A stretch of DNA of 64,000 nt, from the IMG/VR virus record IMGVR_UViG_3300028797_000128, positions 32,001 through 96,000 of that record, one strand, 5' to 3'. The translations under genes and the position numbers were made by a program. This document shows positions 26,311 through 36,751 of the stretch, in pieces. Origin of the DNA: a virus. Lineage: Duplodnaviria; Caudoviricetes. Numbering within the stretch: position 1 is the stretch's first letter; every line of letters starts with the position of its first letter. The notes beneath the pieces are model-generated. The model made no database searches. It saw only the letters and a list, made by a program, of their open reading frames with translations, and was not told the origin of the DNA.

Positions 26311-27417
26311 ATGCCACAAAAGAAGCGAAAGAAAGCTCCTCGTGCAGCGCAAAAGAAAATTTGCACTTGTTGTGGCAAGGAGTTGTCGTTAATTAATTTT
26401 TATACGGCATCTAACCCGCTAACATCGAGTGATGGCGAGAGAGTGAACGTTTGCAAAAATTGTGTTAAGAAAGAGTCTTTGAATGAAGATGGCTCATTGA
26501 ATATGGAAAAATTCAAGCAAATGTTAATGTTAATGGATAAACCACTTGTCCCACAAGCATTAGATTCTGCAATAGCTGAAACTGATAAGGCAAAAGAATT
26601 GGGAAAAGGACGCACCGATATAATTGGTGTGTACATGAAAAACATTATTACTCTACCCCAGTATTCAAAATTGTCTTTTATGGAGTCGATGGCTCTCTTA
26701 GAAAGTGGGCAGACTGTATCTGCTAATGTGACAACTGCCGAAAGGCGTGTAAGACCAAATCCAAAAGAAGATGTGTATATAAGGCAAGTTGATGATTTTG
26801 TAGTCACTGATGAAATACTTGATCGTTTTGGAGAAGGATATTCTAAGAGCGATTATCGCAAAATGCAGAGAAAGTATGATAAGCTAAAGCAAAATTATCA
26901 GATTTCGACAAATCTGCACGAAGAAGCTTTGGCTACCTATGTAAGATTTAAGGTTAAAGAGGAACAAGCTACTGCAAATGGAGATGTGGGTGGAGCAGAA
27001 AAATGGAATAAGGCAGCTCAAGAAGCTGCGGACAAAGCGAAACTTACCCCTAAGCAATTATCACAAGCGGATTTGCAAGGTGGTATAACTGCCATATCTG
27101 AAATCTCAAAGGCTGTTGAAGAAGCGGCTGATATTGTAGAGATATTACCGAGATTTAAATATTCTCCTAATGATGCCCCTGATTTTATTATTTGGTGTTA
27201 TGTTAATTTTTGCAGAAAACTCAAAGGACTTCCAGAAGTTGATTATAAGGATGTTTATTCATTTTATGATAAAAAGAAAGAAGAATATATTGCTCAATAT
27301 GGTGATCCTTACAATATTTTTGCAGATGATACCACGGAGAAAAACAGGGGTGCAGTAGAGAAATTCATTAAACTCCCCAAAGATTATAATACTGGTGGTG
27401 ATGATAATGGCGAGTGA
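26311..27417 (+). CDS. YonG-like zinc-finger protein upstream of terminase (possible small subunit)
   Basis: CTCCGK...CKNC; position immediately 5' of TerL. Confidence 0.6.
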   Translation: MPQKKRKKAPRAAQKKICTCCGKELSLINFYTASNPLTSSDGERVNVCKNCVKKESLNEDGSLNMEKFKQMLMLMDKPLVPQALDSAIAETDKAKELGKGRTDIIGVYMKNIITLPQYSKLSFMESMALLESGQTVSANVTTAERRVRPNPKEDVYIRQVDDFVVTDEILDRFGEGYSKSDYRKMQRKYDKLKQNYQISTNLHEEALATYVRFKVKEEQATANGDVGGAEKWNKAAQEAADKAKLTPKQLSQADLQGGITAISEISKAVEEAADIVEILPRFKYSPNDAPDFIIWCYVNFCRKLKGLPEVDYKDVYSFYDKKKEEYIAQYGDPYNIFADDTTEKNRGAVEKFIKLPKDYNTGGDDNGE

Positions 27418-29062
27418 AAGAATCAAGGCGTTAGCTGACGATACAGTGTTTGGTCGAAATATAGCCAACTACCATGACTTCATTAGCTTTTGTCGCTGGT
27501 ATCCTGATTTGATGTTTGATTTGCTTAAACCATCAAAGGGCGGAATAAATCTACATCTTGACCAAAGAATATTTTTAAGGTGTGATGTAAGATTTTTTAG
27601 TATGTATGGCGATTTTAGCCGAGGTTACGGAAAGACCTATGATGAGGTAATGGCGGCTGTTGCGGTTGCGTTATTGTACCCCAATATGTCTCTTGCAATT
27701 TCTGCACAGACTAAAGAGAACGCAGCAGATCTCTTAACTGATAAGTGGAATGAATTGACTAAGCACTTCCCTTTGTTGGTTAATGAGCTTTCGGACAAAC
27801 CAAAGTTTTCGAGGGGTATTGCTGTTATCAAATTCAAAAACGGTTCTGAGATTGATGCTATTGCAAATTCTCAATCAACTAAAGGTCAAAGACGTAGAAG
27901 GTTAAAAATTGAGGAATCTGCTTTACTTAATAATGCGTTGTTTGAAGATGCTCTTGCACCTGTTGTTGAAGTGCCACGTTTAACCGCTGGAAGATTAAGT
28001 GTTCCTGATCCTTGTGAATTAAATCAGCAAATACACTTCTTCACCACAGCGGGATTTAAAGGTAGCGACGAGCATACAAGAATTGTTACTATGGTTGACG
28101 AGATGGAAAACCTTAAAGGTAAGATTGTTCTTGGAGCGAGTTGGATGTTACCTTGTTGGTATGGGCGTGGTTCAAGCAAGAGTCAAATTCTAAACAAGAA
28201 GAAAAATATGTCTTTGGTTGCATTTGCACAAAACTATGAACAGGAATGGGTTGGTGCAAGTGACGGTGCGTTAGTGAATATTAATAGGCTTTTAAATTGC
28301 CGAGTAATTCCTCATGTTGTCCCAAACTGCAATAATGAAGATGAAGAATATTATATGGGCGTGGACGTTGCTCGTTCTCAAAAGACATCAAACAATCAAT
28401 CTTCTGTAGTTGTTGGTAGAGTTATACGCAATGCTGATAGATCAAGAATTGTGGCTGTTGATATAGTGAATATTATCAACATACCAAATATCTTAAATTT
28501 TTCGGCACAGGCAGTTAAGATAAAACAAATCCAAAAGGCGTATAACGCTAAGATGGTTGTTTGTGACGGAAACGGTCTTGGTGCGGGATTGATAGATTGT
28601 TTATTGATGGAGTCAATTGATCCAATCACTGGTGAAAGTTTAGGCTGTTGGGACACTATAAATGATGACAATGCTCCTGAAATACCCAACTCTCCGCAAA
28701 TTGTATATAACTTAAAAGCACAGTCTTGCCAAAACGAAGTTATCACTACGTTTATCGATTATGTTGATAGCGGGAAACTTAAACTTCTTGAACGTAGACT
28801 TGAAAATGATTTCACAGAAAAAGAATGGGAGAATCCAGACGACATGATTCGTCCGTTTGTTGAAACAGATGCTTTTATAGAAGAAGCTGCTAACTTAAAA
28901 ATGAAACACTTATCTAATGGTGGCATTACTATTGAGAAGGCTGTAAAGAAAATAGATAAAGACCGTGTTTCGGCTTTAATCTATATGCTTTGGTATGTAG
29001 AAAAATTTGCAAAGGATTTATCTATTGAGACTGAGTATTCAGTTGGAGTGTATGTAAATTAA
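27407..29062 (+). CDS. terL: Terminase large subunit
   Basis: Walker A SRGYGKT, Walker B IEES, FTTAG, RNase H-like GVDVAR and KDRVSA. Confidence 0.93.
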   Translation: MASERIKALADDTVFGRNIANYHDFISFCRWYPDLMFDLLKPSKGGINLHLDQRIFLRCDVRFFSMYGDFSRGYGKTYDEVMAAVAVALLYPNMSLAISAQTKENAADLLTDKWNELTKHFPLLVNELSDKPKFSRGIAVIKFKNGSEIDAIANSQSTKGQRRRRLKIEESALLNNALFEDALAPVVEVPRLTAGRLSVPDPCELNQQIHFFTTAGFKGSDEHTRIVTMVDEMENLKGKIVLGASWMLPCWYGRGSSKSQILNKKKNMSLVAFAQNYEQEWVGASDGALVNINRLLNCRVIPHVVPNCNNEDEEYYMGVDVARSQKTSNNQSSVVVGRVIRNADRSRIVAVDIVNIINIPNILNFSAQAVKIKQIQKAYNAKMVVCDGNGLGAGLIDCLLMESIDPITGESLGCWDTINDDNAPEIPNSPQIVYNLKAQSCQNEVITTFIDYVDSGKLKLLERRLENDFTEKEWENPDDMIRPFVETDAFIEEAANLKMKHLSNGGITIEKAVKKIDKDRVSALIYMLWYVEKFAKDLSIETEYSVGVYVN

Positions 29063-29070
29063 CAAGAATT

Positions 29071-29111
29071 TAGCCAGAAATCCCACTGGCTTTAGACGGT
29101 GGGTAGTTCAC
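29071..29111 (+). mobile_element. Orphan IS200/IS605 right-end (omega-RNA 3' module) remnant
   Basis: CCCACTG-GCTTTAGA-CGGTGGG-TAGTTCAC parallels the tnpB-1 right end with compensatory stem changes. Confidence 0.7.
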
Positions 29112-29130
29112 CAAGAAAGGAAGTGAGATA

Positions 29131-30702
29131 ATGTCAGAGAAAAAGGCAAATGAAGAAACTATAAACGAAACTAATGCTTATCATTTCTTTAGGGATGTAA
29201 CTACTGGAACTATGTTTACGGGGCTGTTGCATGATTATACTGCTGATCCATCACATCTGTTGTGGATTATTCAGCACCCTATGGACTTTAACAAAGAAAT
29301 CAGGGATATATCAAACCGCCTTTATTCAAGTAATGGTAACTTTAGAAACACAGTAGATTACATGAAGGCACTTCCTACTCTTGATTACGTTGTCACAAAT
29401 TATATTAAAGACAATGGTTCAAAGGCTCGTAAGGAGATTATAGAGTATGCGCTTGGTAAGATTAAGCATAAAGAGATTATAAGAGATGCCATTCACAAGG
29501 GCTGTGTTGACGGCATCGCTTTTTATTATCTTGTTGTTGGAGAGCGCAAACTTAGCAACAAGAAATCAGTGAGTTATTGGGACGTACATGATATTAGTGA
29601 GATTAATTCGTTGAAGCCAAAACTTTCAAAGATGAATCTGTCTGTTATTAATCTGCCAGTAGACTATTGTAGAATCATTGGCTTTAAAAACAATTCTTAT
29701 ATTGTGGCATTTGATCTTGAATATTTTAATGAGGGTGAGGAGACAAACGAGAGTAAGCTTCGCAAATACCCCAAAGAAATACAAGAAGCTTACAATAAAT
29801 GGCACAATGGAAAAGGTCAACAGGAAGTAGTTCTCGACAATACCAAAACTATGGTTTTCAAAATATCATCAAAGAGAGATGAGCCGTGGGGCAGACCACT
29901 TGTTTTAGCGGCAATTCTTGATATTCTTTATGGGGATTATTTTACTAATACTAAGCGTAAAACTCTTGATGAAGTTAATAACAAACTGGTGTACGAAACA
30001 TTCCCAGAAGGTAAAGCTACTGGCACATCTGCCTTGACTGATAAGCAGCAAAAGGAACAGCATGATGCAGTCAAGAGCGTTATTGCTACAAAGAATACAA
30101 GAGGTGCGACATCATTTGTATCTGTTGCGGCTGGCACAAAAATAAATGTTATTGATACAAGCACAGATATTTTTGATGATAAATATGAGAGCAAGCTCGA
30201 CGAAAAGATTGGAACGGATTTAGGATTTGCGGCTACATTGCTTAATGCAAGTGCTTCAAGTTCATATTCTGCGCAGCAAACCAATCTTGAACTTGTTACG
30301 GCTCAGATATTCAAGTGGATTGAAGAAATAACTGCGGAGTTAAATAAAGTGTTGAACTTCAATGTTCTTAATCTGAATTATATAGATGTAAAGGTAAACT
30401 ATTTACCTATTACGCATCTTAATAAACAACAGATGATTGGTTATGTGAAAGACTTATATTTACAAGGCAAAGGTAGCTTGACTCTATGGGCTTCGGCAGT
30501 TGGTATTTCGTCAGATGTATTTTATGCAATGCTTGATGAAGAATTAGAAGATGATATTGAGAATAAATATCCTGTCCATCAAACAAGTTATACGCAGTCA
30601 TCAAAAGATGCTGGCAGACCTACGGTTGATAATCCAACTAACGAAAATACGATTCAAAGCAAAACCAATAATTCAAACGGGCAACCAAAGCCCAATAGTT
30701 AA
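29131..30702 (+). CDS. Portal protein (YonE-like)
   Basis: Size, position after TerL, EPWGRPL motif. Confidence 0.8.
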   Translation: MSEKKANEETINETNAYHFFRDVTTGTMFTGLLHDYTADPSHLLWIIQHPMDFNKEIRDISNRLYSSNGNFRNTVDYMKALPTLDYVVTNYIKDNGSKARKEIIEYALGKIKHKEIIRDAIHKGCVDGIAFYYLVVGERKLSNKKSVSYWDVHDISEINSLKPKLSKMNLSVINLPVDYCRIIGFKNNSYIVAFDLEYFNEGEETNESKLRKYPKEIQEAYNKWHNGKGQQEVVLDNTKTMVFKISSKRDEPWGRPLVLAAILDILYGDYFTNTKRKTLDEVNNKLVYETFPEGKATGTSALTDKQQKEQHDAVKSVIATKNTRGATSFVSVAAGTKINVIDTSTDIFDDKYESKLDEKIGTDLGFAATLLNASASSSYSAQQTNLELVTAQIFKWIEEITAELNKVLNFNVLNLNYIDVKVNYLPITHLNKQQMIGYVKDLYLQGKGSLTLWASAVGISSDVFYAMLDEELEDDIENKYPVHQTSYTQSSKDAGRPTVDNPTNENTIQSKTNNSNGQPKPNS

Positions 30703-30733
30703 AATCTCTCCGTCGTAATGTCGGGGATTTTTT
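30701..30733 (+). terminator. Intrinsic terminator
   Basis: Imperfect hairpin plus U-tract. Confidence 0.5.
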
Positions 30734-30760
30734 ATATATTACGGAAGAAAGGAGGTAAGC

Positions 30761-31930
30761 ATGAAAAGTTTTGAACTTTCGTCTAAGAAACGAAAAGACG
30801 GCAAGAGGAGATTTACTGCGCTTCTTTACAAGTTGCAACCTCCCGAATCCGTAGTCAACAATGTCGGCACAGACGGGCATTGGAATGAAAATGGCATAAC
30901 TTTTATTGAAGAATATGCCGCACAGAATCTTGAATCTATAAAGGATATGAGTATGACTTGTGATTTTATAGATGCGGATAAAACAGAAGTTTCAGGACAT
31001 GGGGAAACTGGTGAAATCACAGATGACGGTTTACCTAAGTTTGAAGCGGATATAATTGGTCATTTTACAGAGGGTTTTATTGCAGAGTTTGACGATAATG
31101 GAACTACAAGCAAAGCTGTATTTGGCAAGGGTGTTATTGATGAAATGCGCCATGCTGATTTTGTAGCTCAAATTGAAACCAATATGGCAAATGGCATTGC
31201 TCCAAGCGGTAGTATTGAAATACTACATCCCGAAGATAGTGATAGCATCATTTATCTTAATGGCAAATTCGAGCAAGGTCGTGTGCCTGTAAAGTATGTT
31301 CACAGTGGTTTTTCTTTAGTATCAAATCCTGCGGATAAAGCTTCTAAGATGATTGAACTGAATAATAAACGAGAAAGTGAGGATGAGACAATGGATGAGA
31401 AAACAATTAATCTGATTTGTGATTCTGTAAAGAACGCAGTATCAGAAACAAATTCAAAGAATGCCGAGTACGAAGCAACAATCTCTGAACTTAATACTTC
31501 TGTTGCCGATAAGGATAATCAGATAGCAGAACTTAACGCTTCTGTTGATTCACTTAAAAAGGCTATTGCAGATATGGAGGTAGAGCGTGACGCTTGGTGG
31601 GCTGAAAGAGATTCGCTTCAGAAACAGCTTGGCGAGGCTCTTGCTGCTCAGAGACTTGGTGAACTCAATTCTGCTATTGAAGGTTTTACTGATGAGCAGA
31701 AGGCTTTCGCAAAGGATGAGATTGAGGCGTTCAAGGCTGATCCTATGAACGGTGAAATCAATTCTATCACAGATAAGATTTATCGTGAGATAGGCAGAAC
31801 TGCACTTGAGAGTGCAAAGGTTGTTGAAACAAATTCTGTTGATGACACAACAGATATTTTTGGCGAAATCAATTCAACAAATGCAAACACCGATGGCGAA
31901 GATATAGACATTTTCGCAACTGTACTTTAA
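30761..31930 (+). CDS. Prohead protease/scaffold (YonD-like)
   Basis: N-terminal domain with GHG / SGSIE / NPAD, C-terminal acidic coiled coil. Confidence 0.7.
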   Translation: MKSFELSSKKRKDGKRRFTALLYKLQPPESVVNNVGTDGHWNENGITFIEEYAAQNLESIKDMSMTCDFIDADKTEVSGHGETGEITDDGLPKFEADIIGHFTEGFIAEFDDNGTTSKAVFGKGVIDEMRHADFVAQIETNMANGIAPSGSIEILHPEDSDSIIYLNGKFEQGRVPVKYVHSGFSLVSNPADKASKMIELNNKRESEDETMDEKTINLICDSVKNAVSETNSKNAEYEATISELNTSVADKDNQIAELNASVDSLKKAIADMEVERDAWWAERDSLQKQLGEALAAQRLGELNSAIEGFTDEQKAFAKDEIEAFKADPMNGEINSITDKIYREIGRTALESAKVVETNSVDDTTDIFGEINSTNANTDGEDIDIFATVL

Positions 31931-31952
31931 TTGAGAAAGGAAGGGTAATATT

Positions 31953-32408
31953 ATGGTAAGATTTCATTCTGTAGAGGAAATTGAGCACTCTGCTCATAGC
32001 GTTCCTAATGTAACTGCACACGCAGATATGCCTAATGGCGCACTCGTTGGTCTGACATATACTAATGCTTCAAAGGTGACAAAAGCACCTGCAACAGCTA
32101 ACGATCTTTATGTTGTTATTAACACACAGACAGGCGACAATGAGTACATCACAAACTACACAATCAAGCAGGGTGAGTATGTAAACCTCTTTAAGCTTGA
32201 GAATTGGGTAGGCAAGGAGCTTGACGTAACTAAGGATAATGTTACAGGTACATATGCAAACATTGCCGCTGGTGATACTCTTACATTCGATGCTACAACA
32301 TTTAAGTTTAAGGAAGATACACCTGCCGCTGCTGGAGATATCTGCTTCAAGGTTCTTGAACTCGCTCCTTATGGTCTTAGAGTTCTTGTACAGGTATATT
32401 CTGCTTAA
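31953..32408 (+). CDS. Head decoration protein (YonC-like)
   Basis: Position between scaffold and MCP; strongly biased codons. Confidence 0.6.
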   Translation: MVRFHSVEEIEHSAHSVPNVTAHADMPNGALVGLTYTNASKVTKAPATANDLYVVINTQTGDNEYITNYTIKQGEYVNLFKLENWVGKELDVTKDNVTGTYANIAAGDTLTFDATTFKFKEDTPAAAGDICFKVLELAPYGLRVLVQVYSA

Positions 32409-32434
32409 TTATGGGGAAAGGAAGGTAAAACAAT

Positions 32435-33526
32435 ATGAGTTACACAGTTGAACTTAATTCTGCTCGTAAGGATGCAGATTTCGTAACAAAGGAGTATAAT
32501 GCTCACACTGGTGTAGTAGAAGTATTTTCTGCTATGGTAAACGGAAAGTCTCTTGATAAGTTTGGCAAGAATATGGCAGATAAGTCTGTTAATTATATTA
32601 AGGAACTTGCAAGCAAGGCTTCAAATGGTGACGGTTCTGCTATTGCCGAGCTTAACACAATTCGTAAGTACACAATTGAGCCTGAACTTCTCAAGGAAAT
32701 TCAGCTTCTTGGTTTCTTTGGTTCTTATGAGAATGTTGGTTACGGCGAAAGCATTGAGCGTGAAGTAATTGATACTCAAGGCGAGCTTTCAAGAGCACAG
32801 GCTGCTAACGGTGATGTTCCTCTCGGATTCCTTGCTTCAAAGAAGTACCCTGTTGCTACACAGAATATTTCTGCTGGCTATCAGATAGACTATCGCAAGC
32901 TTCAGTTTGGTGATCTTTCTGCTGAGAACGCTCTCAAGGAAAACATCAAGAGAGATATGAGAAACAAGGCTGCTCGTTATGCTATCAACACAGTTTGGAA
33001 CTCTATTAAGAACGCTGTTGGCGTTAAGAACTATTCTGAGGCTGCTGGCGTCACAAAGAGTGCTGTTGACAACGCTCTCAAGTTTGCTCGTAGATTTGGT
33101 GTTCCCTCAATCGTTGGTGACTACAGCGTAGCTTCACAGGTTAATGATTTTGCACCTTATAATTCTTCTACATTTAGCTTCACAGATATTTCTCCTGAAG
33201 CTATGGAAGAAATTCGTAAGACAGGTCTTGTTTCATGGTACAATGGCGCACCTGTTTATGCAATCCAGAACGCATTTGACACCTCAAAGCTTAATGCTGC
33301 TGGCACTGGCTTTGATACTGTTGCTCCAGAGGGACTTCTCTTTGTAATTCCTGCTGGCATCGATTCTCCTATTAAGCTTTGGACTCGTGGTGGTCTTACA
33401 AGCTTCACAGGCAATGATGTAACTACTGGCAGACAGCTTACAAGATATGACCTTGAGGTTGCTGTTGACGTTGCACAGGGCAGAGAGTATGAGATTGGTC
33501 TTATCAGAGACACAAACTTATTCTAA
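32435..33526 (+). CDS. Major capsid protein
   Basis: 363 aa, strongly biased codons, followed by terminator, position in head module. Confidence 0.82.
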   Translation: MSYTVELNSARKDADFVTKEYNAHTGVVEVFSAMVNGKSLDKFGKNMADKSVNYIKELASKASNGDGSAIAELNTIRKYTIEPELLKEIQLLGFFGSYENVGYGESIEREVIDTQGELSRAQAANGDVPLGFLASKKYPVATQNISAGYQIDYRKLQFGDLSAENALKENIKRDMRNKAARYAINTVWNSIKNAVGVKNYSEAAGVTKSAVDNALKFARRFGVPSIVGDYSVASQVNDFAPYNSSTFSFTDISPEAMEEIRKTGLVSWYNGAPVYAIQNAFDTSKLNAAGTGFDTVAPEGLLFVIPAGIDSPIKLWTRGGLTSFTGNDVTTGRQLTRYDLEVAVDVAQGREYEIGLIRDTNLF

Positions 33527-33536
33527 TTAATATTTA

Positions 33537-33568
33537 AGGGGAGTTGAAAAACACTCCCCTACTATTAT
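33537..33568 (+). terminator. Terminator-like hairpin after MCP
   Basis: AGGGGAGT-loop-ACTCCCCT. Confidence 0.6.
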
Positions 33569-33588
33569 ATTGAAAGGAGACTTAGTAA

Positions 33589-34050
33589 ATGAGTCTTAAT
33601 ATGGACGAGAAAATCACAATTAAGAATCTTTGTGATTTTTACCTCTATTTTAACCGCATAAACGGAGTTGGCGATATTGCAATGCCTCCGAGAACTTCTA
33701 TGCGTATTGATCGTGGAGAAGTTATTTCTCAGGCGCAAATTAACAACATTATGTTTGTGGGTGAAGATGGTAATGGTAGTCACGCAAGGATTTTTATTGA
33801 TGATAAAGATACTCGTATCGAGCTTGGCTTTGAAACAGAGGAAACTCCACAGGTTGTTATTAGCGATGACAAGGTGAAATCCGCCTTTGGTGCTAAGACA
33901 AAGACTGCGTTCAAGAAAGCTATCGAGGAACTTGCTCACACTTATCCTGAGAAGGTTAGTCTCGTAAAGGCTGTTAAGAAGCTTGGCTTAAATGAGTATG
34001 ACAAGATTAAATTTATCGAGGAATACACTGGCTTAAAGGTTGAAGATTAA
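33589..34050 (+). CDS. Head-module protein (YonA-like)
   Basis: Synteny. Confidence 0.6.
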   Translation: MSLNMDEKITIKNLCDFYLYFNRINGVGDIAMPPRTSMRIDRGEVISQAQINNIMFVGEDGNGSHARIFIDDKDTRIELGFETEETPQVVISDDKVKSAFGAKTKTAFKKAIEELAHTYPEKVSLVKAVKKLGLNEYDKIKFIEEYTGLKVED

Positions 34051-34052
34051 GG

Positions 34053-34460
34053 ATGGTGATGACATTGGGTGAAGCAACAAAGAAAAGCGATGTTATCAGA
34101 AGTTTTCATTCTCACCCAATGGCAAAACAGGCTTTGCCAGAGGGCTTAGAAGATGAGTTCTTTCTTTCGGCATTAGCTGAATATGAGCTTGACGTAAAGG
34201 AAATTGGCTACGACGATTCAACTTATGAGTTTCAGAATACTCTTGACAGAGCCGTGATATATACTTTGGGACTAATGATGTATTCGGAGTATCTTACTCG
34301 TGAGCTTTCAAGACTTGAAAAGTTGCAGGGCTTTTATGGCAAAGACATTCATCTTACAGGAAATGACGCTTCAAAGAATGTAACCTATAAAGATTTAGTT
34401 CTTGAACAAGAGCGAGTTCAAATGCTTTTACATAAGCAGAAAAATCATTCGTATAATTGA
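34053..34460 (+). CDS. Head-tail adaptor-like protein
   Basis: Helical, size and synteny. Confidence 0.55.
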   Translation: MVMTLGEATKKSDVIRSFHSHPMAKQALPEGLEDEFFLSALAEYELDVKEIGYDDSTYEFQNTLDRAVIYTLGLMMYSEYLTRELSRLEKLQGFYGKDIHLTGNDASKNVTYKDLVLEQERVQMLLHKQKNHSYN

Positions 34461-34469
34461 GGTGATAAT

Positions 34470-35486
34470 ATGCAAGAATGGTATGTTATTAATCCTCAGC
34501 CTACAATGTTGGACGGTCTTGAAAAAGATGAATGGGATGCTTGGGTTACAGATAGTTTTGACGAGTTAATCACTGAAACGCCTTTAAGAGATGATGTAAA
34601 ACTTTGTCGTGGACAATTCAACGGAGAAACTGGTGAATTTGAAGTAGAAGTTGAAACTCAGGCTATAATTCAAAATAGAGATTTTGATGCTTATACGCAA
34701 GGTTGGAAACGTCAGATCCTTACAAGAATATCTGATAATCTTGCAGAATACAAGTATGTTAAATCTGTAGATACACTTGGCAATACTCAGATTTATCTCA
34801 TTATGACTATGCCTGAAAGTAATAAGATATATACCAAAGCCGTTTTGCATGAGTGTAACTATACGCTCAAATGGCAGGACAATGATGGTACGATATATTA
34901 TTACCCCACATATACCGCAGATGCTACGCAATACAATACTGGTGTTGAGAGAAACGGTAATTATCTGGAAACAGGTTATATTCAGTTAATGAGTTGGATA
35001 TCGCTTGATAATGTAACGAAAGAGTTATATCGTGATAAGCGAATGTTTATTGATTTGGCAGAAGAAAAACCCGACACTTACATTATTACATCAACTTCAA
35101 AAGTTCCTTATTCATATAACGAAATGCGTATTATGCGTATAACATTTACAGAATGTGAGTATAATCCCGATACAGACAGAATTGACCTTATGCTTTGCGA
35201 TTACAAGACAGCTCCTACGCCTACGTCACCTATTCTTATCACTTATAGTGGCAATGCAGAATTACGCATCGGTGGTCGTAAAACCTTTACGGCTGAGACT
35301 GCTAATAATGTGGTGTTCACGCTTATATCCGCTTGGGGCGATAAGATAACGATGACTCAGACTGGCAACAAGTGTGTTGTCAAGTGTGCTAATGATTCTG
35401 CAATGGTTGGCGCAAGCTTCAAGATTGAAGTCGCAGGTGGCGGTCAGAGAAGTGAATTGCTTGTCAGTATAATCGGTGCTGTGTAA
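34470..35486 (+). CDS. Head-closure/connector-like protein with C-terminal Ig-like domain
   Basis: Synteny; CNYTLKW motif; beta-rich C-terminus. Confidence 0.55.
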   Translation: MQEWYVINPQPTMLDGLEKDEWDAWVTDSFDELITETPLRDDVKLCRGQFNGETGEFEVEVETQAIIQNRDFDAYTQGWKRQILTRISDNLAEYKYVKSVDTLGNTQIYLIMTMPESNKIYTKAVLHECNYTLKWQDNDGTIYYYPTYTADATQYNTGVERNGNYLETGYIQLMSWISLDNVTKELYRDKRMFIDLAEEKPDTYIITSTSKVPYSYNEMRIMRITFTECEYNPDTDRIDLMLCDYKTAPTPTSPILITYSGNAELRIGGRKTFTAETANNVVFTLISAWGDKITMTQTGNKCVVKCANDSAMVGASFKIEVAGGGQRSELLVSIIGAV

Positions 35487-35499
35487 GGAGGTGTTGGGA

Positions 35500-35991
35500 A
35501 TTAGCCGTTCAAGTTGTATAAGAGACTGGAAGAATAAAATTGTCTCCGAATTATCGCAAGATGATGAGATTATTAATGCTTTAGGGCTTAATGATGATGA
35601 ATCATCTGATGACCTTGTTTACAATAGGATATTTCCTTTTCTCTACATTGAAAATACACAGGAAATTGTTAAGACATATATTCTTGTCGAAATCAACATT
35701 CCAGAGCGCAGACAGCGTTACGGCAGTAGCAGTAGTTCTATCTGGACGTACCCGGTTATCATATTCAACGTGCTGACTCATCAGGACGATATGCGTATGA
35801 ATATGACAGGCGAAAGTGGTACTCGCATGGACTATCTGTCGGAGCTTATCGAGGATAAGTACAGTGGCAGACAGGACTTCGGTGTCGGCACTCTGCAACT
35901 CAAATCCGATGTGGCAGGTAGTGTGAACAATACGTATCGCTTCAGGGAGCTTATCTTTGAGGCTGTGGACGTAGACGGAGTTTGTGGGTGA
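35500..35991 (+). CDS. Tail terminator/completion-like protein (start codon uncertain, possibly ATT)
   Basis: NRIFPF...TRMDYLSELI; synteny. Confidence 0.6.
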   Translation: MSRSSCIRDWKNKIVSELSQDDEIINALGLNDDESSDDLVYNRIFPFLYIENTQEIVKTYILVEINIPERRQRYGSSSSSIWTYPVIIFNVLTHQDDMRMNMTGESGTRMDYLSELIEDKYSGRQDFGVGTLQLKSDVAGSVNNTYRFRELIFEAVDVDGVCG

Positions 35992-35995
35992 TTGA

Positions 35996-36736
35996 ATGTT
36001 TGCAGTTGATGAGATTAGACTGCTCTCTGGCAAACCATTTGATATTGGCATTGGGATAACCTTGTATCAGCCCACGGTGAGGGAAATTTCGGATTTTGGA
36101 GAAAGCGAATATATGAGTTTGGTGAACGCTCTCACTTCAGAACCATTTGATATGCCATATTACTTGGATCAAATGGGAATTGATTTCGAGGAAATTAAGC
36201 CGTTTGAACTATTTTGTATTCTTACTTCTGGAATCCCGAAGGAAACATCTAAACTATTGTTGGGGGATTTGGACTTGTCTCAGTTCAAGCCCGCGGAGCA
36301 AAACGGAGATTTGGTACTCGTTAATAATCGTGGGATAATTATTGACTCGTTAACGAGGGAGAGACTGGCGGATTGCATACGACGTATGCATTGTTTGCCA
36401 AAGAATATCCTTACATCTTGCGAAAACAAGTTTACTCACGATTTAATGATAAGACAACAAAAGAAGAATATTGACAGAGAGCAACGCAAAAAAGAATTGT
36501 TTGGCGACCATTCTCAGTACGCTCCACTTATTTCTTCTTTGGCGTGTGAATGGCACGACTATGATAAGGTTTACGATTTAAAAATAGGTCAGTTTTTTGA
36601 CGCTATTGTCCGTATGGGCTATAGGCAAAATTCAAATAATTTATATCGTGGACTGTATGCAGGAACGGTGTCATTCAAGGATATACATAAAACGGATCTT
36701 GATTGGATGCGTCCGATTAAGATTAAAACTTTATAA
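35996..36736 (+). CDS. Tail-module protein (YomV-like, chaperone-like)
   Basis: YQPTVREI...GLYAGTV; synteny. Confidence 0.55.
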   Translation: MFAVDEIRLLSGKPFDIGIGITLYQPTVREISDFGESEYMSLVNALTSEPFDMPYYLDQMGIDFEEIKPFELFCILTSGIPKETSKLLLGDLDLSQFKPAEQNGDLVLVNNRGIIIDSLTRERLADCIRRMHCLPKNILTSCENKFTHDLMIRQQKKNIDREQRKKELFGDHSQYAPLISSLACEWHDYDKVYDLKIGQFFDAIVRMGYRQNSNNLYRGLYAGTVSFKDIHKTDLDWMRPIKIKTL

Positions 36737-36751
36737 GAAAGGTGGTAAAAT

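Noticed and set aside
27407-33526. Introns or inteins in terminase, portal or capsid genes
   Set aside because: ORFs are uninterrupted, of normal length, and show no intein terminal motifs
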